A stretch of 64,000 bases of DNA, taken from contig NC_057753.1 in NCBI RefSeq assembly GCF_004010195.1, positions 1,066,330 to 1,130,329 on the forward strand, given 5' to 3'. The notes beneath the pieces are model-generated. The model saw nothing but the letters and a program-made list of their open reading frames with translations. It was not told where the DNA came from and searched no databases. The DNA comes from Chiloscyllium plagiosum. Lineage: Eukaryota. Shown in pieces: positions 36,486 through 49,204 of this stretch (the stretch's first letter is position 1; each line of letters begins with the position of its first letter). The position numbers and the translations under genes are program-made.

Positions 36486-39400
36486 TGCCAGAGCGGCGAG
36501 GAGAGAAGGAGTGGTGAAGCGAGGGCTGACGGGAAGGGTGAGTTTTCCCCCATTAATAGGGACTGAACTCGCGAGTCGGGCCTCCATTTGCTGAGAGGTG
36601 CGAGGGAAGAGCGAAGGACTTCTTAGGAAGTCATATATTTGTGTGGTTGCGCTACCCAAAACACTACTCGGGTAGTGTCTCCCACCCATCCTCCTCCTCT
36701 AACCAAAAAAAAGTTCTGTGCGCCAGATTGGTAAGGTAACGAGTTTATTTTTTATTCCTTATTTTTTCAACAGTCTCTTTGGGAATTTAGAATCGTGGGA
36801 ATGGAGGTGAGGGCAGTTGAATGTTCCTCCTGCAGAATGTGTGAGGTAAGTGTCACCACTAATGTCCCTGCTGACGACAACTGCGGGAAGTGCACCCAAC
36901 TCCAGCTCCTCGAAAACCGCGTTAGGAAACTGGAGCTAGAGCTGGATGAACTTCGGATCATTCGGGAGGCAGAGGGGATTATTAAGAGGAGTTACAGGGA
37001 GGTAGTCATTCCTCAGGTACAAGAAAAAGGCAGATGGGTTACAGTCAGGGGACGGAAAGGGTACCGGCAGGCAGTGCAGGGCTCCCCTGTGGCCATTCCC
37101 CTCAACAATAAGTATACCGATTTGGATACAGTTGGGGGGACGACTTACCAGGGGAAAGCAGAGGGGCAGGGCTCTGGCACAGAGTCTGTCCCTGCTGCTC
37201 AGGAGGGAAGAGGAACAGAGCAGTAGTCATTGGGGACTCCATAGTTAGGGGGAGAGATAGGAGGTTCTGTGGGGACGAGAGAGACTCACAGTTGGTGTGT
37301 TGCCTCCCAGGTGCCAGGGTTCGTGATGTCTCTGATCGTGTTTTTGGGATCCTTAAGGAGGAGGGGGAGCAGACCCAAGTCGTGGTCCACATAGTCACCA
37401 ACGACTAGGTAGGAAGAGAGATCAGGATTTAAGGCAGCAATTCAGAGAGCTAGGATGGAACCTTAGAACTAGGACGAACAGAGTTGTTGTCTCTGGTTTG
37501 TTGCCCGTGCCACGTGCTAGTGAGGCGAGGAATAGGGAGAGAGAGGAATTGAAAACGTGGCTACAGGCATGGTGCAGGAGGGAGGGTTTTGGATTCTTGG
37601 ATAATTCCGGCTCTTTCTGGGGTAGCTGGGACCTCTGCAAGCAGGATGGTCTTCATCTGAACCAGAGAGGTACCAATATCCTGGGGAGAAAATTCGCTAA
37701 GGCTACTGGGGTGGGTTTAAACTAATCCAGCATGGGGATGGCAACCAAAATTGCAGTTCGAATACAGAAAAGGTGGAGAGTAGAGAAGTCCAAAATCAAG
37801 TTTCAGGGACGCATGAATGGCACCGGCAAGCAAGAAGTTGGTTTGAAGTGTGTCTACTTCAACGCCAGGAACATCTGGAATAAGGTGGATGAACTTGCAG
37901 CATGGGTTGGTACCTGGGACTTGGATGTTGTGGCCATTTCGGAGACACGGAGAGAGCAGGGACAGGAATGGTTGTTGCAAGTTCCAGGATTTAGATGTTT
38001 CAGTAAGAACAGAGAAGATGGTAAAAGAGGGGGAGGTGTGGCATTGTTGGTCAAGGACAGTATTGCGATTGCAGAAAGGATGTTTGGGGACTCGTCAACT
38101 GAGGTAGTGTGGGCTGAGGGTAGAAACAACAAAGGAGAGGTCATCCTGTTGGGAGTTTTCTATAGGCCTCCGAATAGTTCCAGAGATGTAGAGGAAAGGA
38201 TAGCAAAGATGATTCTCGATAGGAGTGAGAGAGACAGGAAGTTGTCATGGGGGACTTGAACTTTCCAAATATTGACAGGGAACACTATAGTACGAGTACT
38301 ATTGATGGGTCAGTTTTTGTCCAGTGAGTGCAGGAGGGCTTCCTGACACAATATGTAGACAGGCCAACGGGGGTGAAGCTGCATTAGATTTAGTACTGTG
38401 TAATGAGCCCGGCCAGGTATTAGACTTGGAAGTAGGTGAGCACTTTGGTGATAGCGATCACAATTCTGTTATGTTTACTTTAGTGATAGAAAGGGATAGG
38501 TGAATGCCACTGGTCAAGAGTTACAACTGGAGAAAGGCAATTACGATGCGATTAGGCAAGATTTAGGAAGCATAGGAAGGGGAAGGAAACTGCAGGGGAT
38601 GGGCACATTAGAAATGTGGAGCTTATTCAAGGAAAAGCTCCTGAGTGTCCTAGATAAGTATGTACCTGTCGGGGAGGGAGAAAACGGTAGAACGTGGGAG
38701 CCGTGGTTTACGAAGGAAGTGGAATCTCTGGTCAAGAGGAAGAAGAAGGCTTATGTTAGGATGAGATGTGAAAGCTCAGTTAGGGCGCTTGAGGATTACA
38801 AGGTAGCCAGGAAAGACCTAAAGAGAGAGCTCAGAAGAGCCAAGAGGAGACACGAGAAGCTGTTGGCGGATAGGATCAGGGTAAACCCTAAGGCTTTCTG
38901 TAGGTATTTAAGGAATAAAATAATGACGAGAGTAAGATTAAGGCCAACCAAGGGTAGTAGTGAGAAGTTGTGTGTGGAGTCAGCGGAGATAGGGGAAATA
39001 CTAAATGAATATTTTTCGACAGTATTCACTCTAGAAAACGACAATGTTGTCGAGAAGAGTACTGAGATACAGGCTACTAGACTAGGTGGGATTGAGGTTC
39101 ACAAGGAAGCGGTATTAGAAATCTTGCAGGGTGTGAAAATAGATAAATCCCCTAGGCCGGATGGGATTTATCCTAGGAGCCTCTCGGAAACCAGGGAGGA
39201 GATTAACGAGCCTTTGACATTGATCTTTAAATCGTAATTGTCTACAGGAATAGTGCCAGAAGACTGGAGGATAGCAAATGTGGCTCCCCTGTTCAAGAAG
39301 GGGAGTAGAGTCAACCCTGGTAATTATATACCAGTGAGCCTACTTCAGTTGTTGGTAAAGTGTTGGAAAAGGTTATAAGTGATAGGATTTATAATAATCT

Positions 39401-39835
39401 AGAAAAGAATAATTTGATTAGGGATAGTCAGCACAGTTTTGTGAAGGGTAGATCGTGCCTCACAAACCTTACTCGATTGCCGAGCCTTCGTCATTTTTAT
39501 AAACGATCTGGATGAGGGTGTAGAAGGGTGGATTAGTAAATTTGCAGACGACACTAAGGTCGGTGGAATTGTGGCTAGTATCGAAGGATTTTGTAGGTTA
39601 CAGAGAGACATAGATAAGCTGCTGAGCTGGGCTGAAGGGTGGCAAATGGAGTTTAATGCGGACAAATGTGAGGTGATTCACTTTGGTCGGAGTAACCAGA
39701 ATGCAAAGTACTGGGCTAATGGTAAGATTCTTGGTAGTGTAGATGAGCAGCGAGATCTCGGTGTCCAGGTACACAGATCCTTGGAAGTTTCCACCCAGGC
39801 TGACAGAGTTGTTAAGAAGGCATACAGTGTTTTAT
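36486..39835 (+). mobile_element. CR1 LINE with 5' UTR, ORF1 (zinc finger/leucine zipper plus SGNH esterase, ATG at 36801) and ORF2 (APE endonuclease-RT); 3'-truncated, with an internal deletion
   Basis: MEVRAVECSSCRM..CGKCTQLQLLENRV, VVIGDSIVRG, QDGLHLN, CVYFNARNI, VAISET, GGGVALLVK, GVFYRPP and KFADDTK; frameshifts present. Confidence 0.95.
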
Positions 39836-41060
39836 GATGCTGTTCCAAATACCCGCAACAATCAACATAAACCCCCCTTGGCAAAATGGGCAAAATCAAA
39901 CAAGGTGTCTTACAGGAGAGAGAGAGTCAGCATGCAACACCTTCTTCCACGTAGCTCTTTCTTGGACGAGCAAACTCAAAGCAGACTGACTGCTTTCAGT
40001 GAACATCCAGACTGCCAAAACCAAACCATTGAGAATTCCCGTTAAACAATAGGAACAGCAAAAAAAAAGAGATGGCAGCAAGATGGCAAAAATGCAATGG
40101 TGCACATGGAGAGATTTGTCAATTGACATAAATGTTAATATGGAGAAATGAGAGTTCAAGCATGTGTTCTTGAATAATATCAAATTGATTATTCCTTTGG
40201 CTGTGACAAGCAGAATTATAGTTATGCCATTCACGACTCGTTTGACCCATCATTGGTAGCAGTAGCAAATCATTCTTTGACAATGCAGAAATCATTGCAC
40301 TGAATAGTCTACTCATTCTGCTCCCTCATATCTTTCAACAAATATTTTGAAATCAGCCAAGTATCTATATTAGAGGAACCAGCGTTTGACATTCGATAGT
40401 GTTCGCGGTGTTACCAGTAAACGTTCATAAACCTGTTTAATTTGAAGCTATGGGCTTTAATAAGGTGCGCAATCAACACTGAAGACTTTGAATTCCTGAA
40501 TATGTGACGCTGCATTCACATATCTGATAGGTTTACTCCATTAGTGATACAAAACATATCCACGGATAGAGATGGAGGAGCTTTGGTTTTCAGTTCGTTG
40601 TGTTATTCTAAAGGAATGCCTACGTACATCTTTTTTGCTACCCCAATGTGTGAGGCAGCTCTCCTAGCTTCGATGCCAGACTCTGCATCGGGTAGAAAAT
40701 ACATTATCTGTATCCATTGTGCTTTCATTAGTCCCTGACTGTTTCCATGGTGGTTTCTTTTAATCTTTTCGAACTGATTGATAGTACAGATTGTTTTTCA
40801 TGGTCACTTCAGAGAACAGAAAGCAGATGCAATCCATCATACAAAGGTTCGTGCTAGCTATTAGCCAGATCAGAGCTTTTCTGCCAGTAATTCCTTTAAG
40901 TGCTGCGATGCATGCAGCACTTCAGAGGTAAAGATAAAAGCAGTCACTGTAACTTGCTTCCCCAATGAATTTTAGCAATGCATATGGTGATGTCACCTAA
41001 CTTATTTTGTTCAGTGACTATGAGTAACATTAATGATGTCTCTTGGTATTTAACATCCAC

Positions 41061-41069
41061 TATAATAAA
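41061..41069 (+). promoter_or_regulatory. Candidate TATA-like box of the GPR139-like gene
   Basis: TATAATAAA about 70 nt upstream of the ATG at 41138. Confidence 0.3.
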
Positions 41070-41137
41070 GAATCCTCCGGTTGGTACACTGCACATTTGT
41101 GGCACTTCAAATAGACTTCTTCATTTCTCATTAGAAA

Positions 41138-41207
41138 ATGCATGCTCCACCAAGAGGCCTGGTATATGCAATTTATTACACAACTCTTGCAGCAATCGCT
41201 GTTCCTG
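41138..41207 (+). CDS. GPR139-like GPCR, coding exon 1 (MHAPPRGLVYAIYYTTLAAIAVP + phase-1 G)
   Basis: Encodes the first half of TM1 (YY..LAAI..P, typical of the GPR139/142 family). Donor CCTG|GTAAAG in phase 1 joins exon 2 in frame as P-V-N-L-V-A-I. Confidence 0.88.
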
Positions 41208-42619
41208 GTAAAGTATTGCAGCAATTAGTCATTTTAAGATTGAAAGTCAGGTTTTATTTCAATGTTAAATCGCTGGCATTCAGCTCTGATTATACACCTC
41301 GCCGGAAATTATTCTCTGGAATAATACGGAAATTAGAGGACTAATTTATGAGTAAAAGTTCATAAATGTACTTTGAAATATTGGATGTAGATGAATGTAA
41401 TGAATCGGATGTCGGTTAGTTCACGGTTAGAATCTGTTGCAGAATAACGTCAGCATTATCGGCTTATCTGTGTTCCAGCTGAGGCGGTTCTCTTTTGCAC
41501 CCTTGCCATTACCCCCCCCCCAAAAAAAAATTACAAAACACATGGATAACAACATTGGCGAAACAAGGAGAATATAAAGAATGAAATGCAATTATTTTAC
41601 TGAATAACCTGTAAAATCGATGCTATTGACTTCAAATTCGAGTTCAGATACCCAGTCATAATCTTATAGTACACATTTTCATACTAAAGCCTGCTGAGCA
41701 TTTCCAGGAACTTCGGCTTTTGTTTCTACTTTACAGCAACCGCAGTTTTTCCTCTTGTCACACGAAGTCTTCGTTTTACTGGTCTCCCACAGTTCAGCAA
41801 TTGAGGCTGACGTTCAATATAAAACGTTAAAAATCACAATGACTTCTTTGTGCGAAAACAGTCCTGGTTTTGAGATCTGGGCGGGTGAATAGAGTTTTCT
41901 AGACATCTCATTTGTGTAATTCAGCAGGAGAACAGATTCAAAGGATTGAATAGACTGGCCCTGTTCACTTGTAATTATCTTGTTAATTGTCTTTCAAACA
42001 AGCAGTTACCTTTCGCGTTTTGTAAAACGTAGCAACTGTCCTTCTCGCCAATAGCAGCACCACTAGTTTTAGGAATGTGAATGGAAGCTGATGATTTGCA
42101 ACCTGATCTACAGAATTAAGCATTGCATGTGAAAGTAACAAAACATTAGTTGATAGACATGAGTGTAGGAATAACACAGAAACACGTAGGTAACAGACGT
42201 TTGTCTATGATTGATATACAATTGTTATTTTGCTTTTATTGTCATTTAAAACATTGGTCTCGATAAACAAATTATCGACAGCCATGGATTCGGAAGGGCT
42301 TGTTGCAGTGTTATGATTGAAGTTACTTAATACTCTGCTGTCTTCTTAGTCATAATATAAATGAACAACTGATGATGTAAAATACTGACTACTGAAAATT
42401 GAATCTGATCTTAAAGATTGGAATTATTCATAGCAAATTAAATCTCAAAACATTCATTACAGTAAGAGAAGAGATTGCAATCATTACTTCATCTTTCCCA
42501 AAAAGATGCATCTTAGGCTCCCAAATGTCCTATTTGTTTTTTTTCTCTCGGTTCTCATGTAAAGTTTCCACTTATGGTTGAACGCTGAAAATTTCTCACC
42601 CCAGAGACCACATCCTAAA

Positions 42620-44010
42620 GACTTCTTCAAATAGGGTTTTGAAAGTATTTGTGGCCTGGGTTGTGGATGAGGTCGTAGATTTGTTTGTTGAGCTGGTGTG
42701 GTTTTCTGCAGACATTGTGTCGTCTCGCATAGTGATATCGTCAGTGCATCTTTGACACAGTGTTGATGCTCTGTCCCGCTTGGTATTTACGTGTCTCTGT
42801 TTTTGGGTACTTCAGATTCTGTATCGTAGTGGTTTGTATTTGGTGTCCAGTTCAATGTGTTTATTGATTCAGTTCTAGTTGGAATGCCAGGCTTCAATGA
42901 ATGTCTCTGTTTAGCCTGAGCTCGGATGGATACATGGGCCCAGTTGAATCCGTGCCCTTCGCAACCTGTGTGGTTGGAAATGAGAGAGTACTGATCGTGT
43001 CTAGCAGTAGTGAGTTGACGTTCATGCACCAGTACGGTCAGTTTTCTTCCTGTTGTTCGTATGTAGTGTTTTTCACAGTCCTAGCAGGGCATCTTGTTGA
43101 TAACGTTCGTCCTGTTGGATGTGGGTGTTGGCTCTTTAAACTTTGTGAGGAGCTGGTGAAAGGTGTTTACTGCTGAGCGGGCCACAAATATTCCTAGGAA
43201 TCTGAGTAGTCAGGTAATCATTTCTGACATTTCTTTGATTTACGGTATGGCCACTATCGCATCTGGTCATATAGTGTTTTCTTCTTTATGTTAGTTGTGT
43301 AAGTATGGGAGGATAGTACTCCTGGAGTAGCCGTTTCATTTGAATCCCTTGAACAGGTTGTGCCTTCTGGAGTTGTGGGTTGTTTCAGTGCGTTCTTGCT
43401 CGTTTAAATGTTTTTTAATGCAGTTTCGTTTGTAGGTGTTTGGATAGTTGTTGTTATAGTTCAGTATTTGATCTGTATGCATATTCTTCCTGCCCACACT
43501 GGTGTGGAGTTCACTGGTAGGTGTGCGTTCCACTAACACATTCAGGAAGATGAATCAGTTGTTGTTTTCTTCTTCGTGAGTGAATTTTCTTCCGGTGAGG
43601 ATGCTATTCATTTGCTAATAGGTTCCTTTCAGTTGTGTACGTTCAGTGATGATAAAGGTGCCATCTGTATACCCGGTCCAGAGTTTGGGTTGGAACGTGG
43701 GGAGGGATAGTCCGTTCTAAGCCTTGCATTACTGCTTCTGCTCTCAGCCTGATATCGGTGACCCCATTGGTGTACCATTGATTTCTCTATAAACCTGTCC
43801 ATTGAATATGAAGTGAGTAGTCAGGAATAGGTCCGATAATTTAAACATGCTGTTCTTGTTGATGCTGCGGATGTCGTCGGGTATCCTAGTAACCAGTTCG
43901 CCCAATAATATGGCAATGGTACTCTTGGCTATGTCGATGTCGATAGATGTAAAGAGCACTGTTACATCAAATGAAATCATTATTTTGTCCTCCTCAACAT
44001 CATCAGAAAC
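42620..44010 (-). mobile_element. Penelope-like retroelement fragment (RT, GIY-YIG and 3' end) in the GPR139-like intron
   Basis: MISFDVTVLFTSI, THFIFNGQVYREINGTPMGSPISG, HTDQILNY and HERQLTTARHDQYSLIS; decayed hammerhead at 42708-42747. Confidence 0.9.
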
Positions 44011-44944
44011 ACCACAACAGAGGAAGACGAAATAATGATTCCACTTGATGAACCACACCAGCCTGGTGGACAAATCTATGAGCTAAGCTTATTCGAATAC
44101 TTGCACCATTAATGGATCTTGGGTTTTTCACTTGTCGTTTGAAACCTGAGTCATCCAACATGATCTCTGTATTAATTCTTAATCTTCATTAGTTTTGATT
44201 TATGCGATTAACAGTTTCAATTTACTCAAGCATACATTTGAAACCATAATGCAAAAGACATGTGTTCTATCTTACCAGTCCTATAAAAGTCTGCAATTGT
44301 TTCACCTCAGATTGGTGAATTTGTTTTTTGAAATGCTCACATATTCAGTATTGACGACGTATTGCCTTATGAAAAAAATTAGGTCTTACATGAAATTTTA
44401 TCAACCATTATCCCAGGGTTTTGATACTGATGAATGATGACATTTATGAAGACTATCCAAAACCATGAATATTCAAACAAAATTATTTTCATGTACACTT
44501 TCGTCAATTGCAAGGCAATTGTTAAATAGTTTCGAATTTCTGGGACAACGTTCACAAAAAAGTCATAGTTGTTGGCAACAGCCAATGCACACTGGCTCAA
44601 TTCTCTCAAAGATCTGTCAGCGGTTGAATCGCCATGAATGCACCTTAAATATATTTAATTCACTGAAATATGAATTTCAAAGGAATATTCTGAACATGAG
44701 TCACTGGACTCGAAATGAAACCCTGCTTCTCTCTCCATAAATTCTGCAGCAATTTCCATTTTGCTTGTTATTAATTTAAAATAGTTTTGAATTAAATCAC
44801 ATTGTTAGTTTGTTGAACCTGAGGTAGTTTTAAAAATTTATTAGTGTAAATCTGAATGTAATCATTGTTCATACTTCTAAGCTCCACAAGAATAACAAGT
44901 AAAACTGTTTGATATTTTGATATATTTCTTTTTTATGAGATGAT

Positions 44945-47020
44945 GTGTAGTCATACAGCCATATGTCCTACACCACGGAGACAGGACCTTTGGACCAAAC
45001 TGGTCCATGCCGACCAAAACTTCCATCTATGTTAACACCATTCCCTTGCACTTGGACCACATACTTCGAAAACTTTCCGATCCATTATTTATCCAAATGA
45101 CTTTATAATATTGTTAATGTACCCGCCTCAACCACTTCCACTGGCAGTTTATTCCATATGCATACCATCCTCTGTGTAAAAGAGCTGTCCGTCAGGATAC
45201 CTTCATTCTTTCCCCTCTCACCTTAAAATGATGGCTGCTTGTCTGAAATTCACCAACGCTTGGAAAAAGACTCAGGGCATTCATCATATTCATGCCTCTC
45301 ATGATCTTATACACATCTAAAGGTCAGCTTCAGTTTCCTACGCTCTAAAGAAAAGAAGTCTCAGTTTGTCCAACCTCCCCCTATAACTCAGGCCATTGAG
45401 TCCTGGCAGAATCCTTGTACATTTCGTTTGCACTCTTTCCAGTTTAATAACACCCTTCCTCTGGCAAGATGCACAATACTCCGTGTGTGGCCTCACAAAC
45501 ATTCTCTACAACCGGAACATAACTTCCCGACTTCGATACACAATGATATCACCCTGAGTGATGAAGGCCAGTATACCAAAACTTTCTTCACTGCCCACTT
45601 TCAGAGAACCGTGAACATGAACTCCAAGCTACCTCTGTTCCACTACACTCCTTAAAGACGTGCCATTCGTCATGAAACCCCTACCTTGATTTGACTTTAT
45701 AAAAGGCGAAACCTCACGCTTATGTATATTAAATTACGCTTGCTATTTTCAACTCACTTTTCCAGCTGAGCAAGCTCCTGCTGCAATTTTTGATAATCTT
45801 CCTCATTGTCACAATACTGCCTATTTTAGTGTTATCTGCAAACTTCTAATCATGCTTTCTACATTCTCATCCAAACCATTGACATAGATAACAAAAAGTA
45901 ATGGGCCAATCACCAATGTATGATACAGTCTACGAGACACAGGCAAGCATTCTTCCACTGTTACCCTCTGCTTCCTACAATCAAGCCAATTGTGTATCCA
46001 ATTTACCAGCTCTCCCTGAATTCCATGCATTCTCACTTTCCACAGTAGTCTACCAACTGAAACCTTATCAAAGGCCTTACTGAAATCCATATAGTCTATG
46101 TTCACCGTCCTGCCCTCCTCAACCTTCCTGGACACTTCATCAAACAACTCTAACAAATTTGTGTGGCACGCTCTCCCATGCACAAATCCTTGCAGACTAT
46201 TTCTAATCCAACCCTGTCTTTCAAAATGCATGCATATCTTATTTCTCAGAATCTTCTCAAGTAACTGACCCAGCACAGATGTTAGGTTTACTGGTCTATA
46301 GCTCCCAGGTTTTTGTTGCAGCCCTTCTTGAATAAAGGCATAACATTCGCTAACCTCCCATCTTCTACGACGTCACCTTTGGCTAACGATAACTTAAAAA
46401 TGTCATCCTAGGCCACTGCAAGTTCTTCTCCAGTATCTTGTAGAGCCTTTGAATATATCTGATGAGGACCAGGAGATTTATCGACTTTCATAAATTCTCA
46501 TAAATCCAAAACCTCCTCTACAGTGATAGTGATTGTCCCCACGAAATGACCATTAACTTCCTCAAGTTCCCAAGACTTCATGTCTTTTTCGGTGGTAAAC
46601 ACAGACGAGAAATATTCATTGATAATCTCACCTATCTCCTGCGGTTCTACACATACATGCCCACTAAGCTCCTTGAGTGGAACTATTCTTTCTCTAGTTA
46701 TTCTTTTTCCATTCATAGACTTAAACAGCCTCTCTGGATTCACCCTAATCTTCTGAACCAAGGCTATCTTGTGCCTCCTTTTCACCCTCTTGATTTCCTT
46801 CTTCAATAAACTCTTGTATCCCCTATATCCATTCAATGATTCCCTTAATCCAAGCTGCCTGTACTTGGCCATACTTCCTTATTTTTTCTTGTCAAATCCT
46901 CAAAATCTCTTGTTATCCAGGGTTCCACATTCCTAACAAACCTGTGCTTCATCCTCACAGGAACATATCGACCTTCAACTCGAGCTATCTCACTTTTAAA
47001 GAGCTTGAATTAAAACAGTC
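44945..47020 (-). mobile_element. Degenerate CR1 LINE ORF2 and 3' end, intronic and antisense to the gene
   Basis: QGFVHGRACHTNLLELFDEV, YMDFSKAFDKV, GPLLFVIYVNGLD and INEYFSSVFT. Confidence 0.92.
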
Positions 47021-47105
47021 CTGATCACTTCAAATTTTGCAGCTAGAAATTTTACGCATTATTACTCGTGTAAGTGTATCAGGTAACTTTTCTTCTCTCT
47101 TTCAG

Positions 47106-48007
47106 TTAATTTAGTGGCTATCGTGATCCTGGCACGAGGAAGATGTGGCCTCTCCCGATGTATCACTCAGTACTTGTTGTCCATGGCAGTGATGGATCTC
47201 CTGGTCATTATTACTGCAGTGATAATGAATCGTATTCCTGGTATTTATTCGCCAGGAAGTTTTCTGTTCATTACTCCCTTGTGTAGCCTCAGCATTGCAT
47301 TGATTCATGCAAGTAGAGACAGTTCTGTCTGGTTAACAGTGGCTTTCACCTTTGACAGATCTGTAGCTATTTGTTGTCAGAAGCTGAAATTAAAATACTG
47401 CATTGAAAAAACTGCAGCATTTGTTATAGGGTTTGTTTGTGCACTGGGATGTTTGAAAAGTGTTCCCTGGTATTTTATACATGAGCCCATCTATGTAATT
47501 GATAATATCCCCTGGTATTGTAGACAGAAGAAAATTCGTTACACCTCAACAGCGTGGACAGTGTTTGATTGGTCTGATCGTATTTTAACACCCTGCCTCT
47601 CGTTCATTCTGATTATTTTGTTCAATGCTCTGACTGTCAGGCATATTCTCGTGAGCAGTGCTGCCCGAAGGAGACTGCGGACACAGAATAATAGGGAAGA
47701 TTCAACTGACCCAGAAATAGAGAACCGGAGAAAGTCCATTGTTTTACTTTTCGCTATTTCTGGAAGTTTCATCCTTTTGTGGATGGCTTACGTTGTGCAG
47801 TTCTTTTATGACAGATTTACAAGTAATTACAATATCAAAAGCTTCAGTGACCCCAAGTTTATTCTGCAGGAAAGTGCAAACATGTTGCAGATGCTCAGTT
47901 GTTGCACAAACACGTTTATTTATTCAGTGACTCAGAGAAAATTCAGGGAGGAGATGAAGAGTATAGTGGAATATCCCCTAAACGTATTAAGAAAATTAGG
48001 TAAATGA
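47106..48007 (+). CDS. GPR139-like GPCR, coding exon 2; spliced product 323 aa
   Basis: Acceptor ttcttctctctttcag| at 47105. Motifs NLVAIVILARGRCGLSRCITQYLLSMAVMDLL, SVWLTVAFTFDRS, RRKSIVLLFAISGSFILLW and CCTNTFIY; no internal stops. AATAAA signals follow (~48014, ~48257). Confidence 0.93.
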
Positions 48008-49204
48008 AGAAATAATAAAAAAAAACCCTGTCTGCTTCATCCTATTATCTCCCTGTGTCTTGCAAATATAAGAATCAATGATCTGTTGACTCATGTCGAG
48101 AATCAAGAATTCCAATTTACTGATGTATGAACTTACACAGTGAGAAAATCTTTCTAACTTGCTGAAACTTGACTTCTGATATACGATCCCATTATACTCA
48201 AATTCAGTTTCCTACAAAGGTATTCCAATTTCCTGATTGGTAACATGCCTGAGCAGAATAAAACAAACATCAAAATTTACCGCGTTGTTTCTAGAAACTT
48301 TTGCGTTTGCTGATAATAAACATACATTTCCTAGTTATGTGATAAGTTGGTTGCAGCCATGAGATCTTAATTTGTACCAACGAAACAAACATACTGTTGT
48401 ACAGTCGCAGGTCAAATGGAAATTGTCTATTAAACCTTAAATAAAACTGCTAATTGTTGCATTAATTTAATGCTGTGCATCACTTCTGATCATGCAATAT
48501 GCATTGTTGGATATCTCTTGGATCAATCAAATATGTGGTTCATCTGACTGGAGTTGTTTTGAGACTGCTAAGCACTAATTATTATTTTAAGAATGACTGT
48601 GTCGAACGGGTAGGTTTGGTATTGATCGCTTGTAGGATCGGATCCAATGATGTTGAAAATAACTTATGTTGAAAAAATAAGCTGTGTGCCAAGCACGAGA
48701 ATGTTAGTTTTAGATTATCACTGAAGGCAAGAGCAAGTTTGGGATTGCTTTATATTTCTGCATGGTTTTTCAGAGTGAGCATTTTCGTGGACTTATTTTA
48801 AAAATTTAATGATGTAATTTAGTCAATAATATTTCAGGACCAAAGTGAAGTAACCAGGCAGAGAGAATAATTTTGGATTAAGACAATGATTTGGTCAACG
48901 AGGACAGAAAAGCACCAGGACACGACAGAGAGAAAATAGGGTAGACCATACATCTGGTCCAACCTGTACAGACATTGAGCATGATCACCACTGATCTTAG
49001 GCTCCACGTGCACATTGCTGCCATTTCCAAAACTGATTGATTGATCGATTTATTGTTGTCATGTGTACGAAGATACAGTAAAATGTCGGGTTTGCGTGCT
49101 ATCCAGGCAGATCATAGCAAACACAGTGCACCGGGGTAACAGAACAGATTTTAGTGTTGCAACCGCAGAGTTGGTGCAAGAGGGAGAGAGATGAGAATTA
49201 AACT

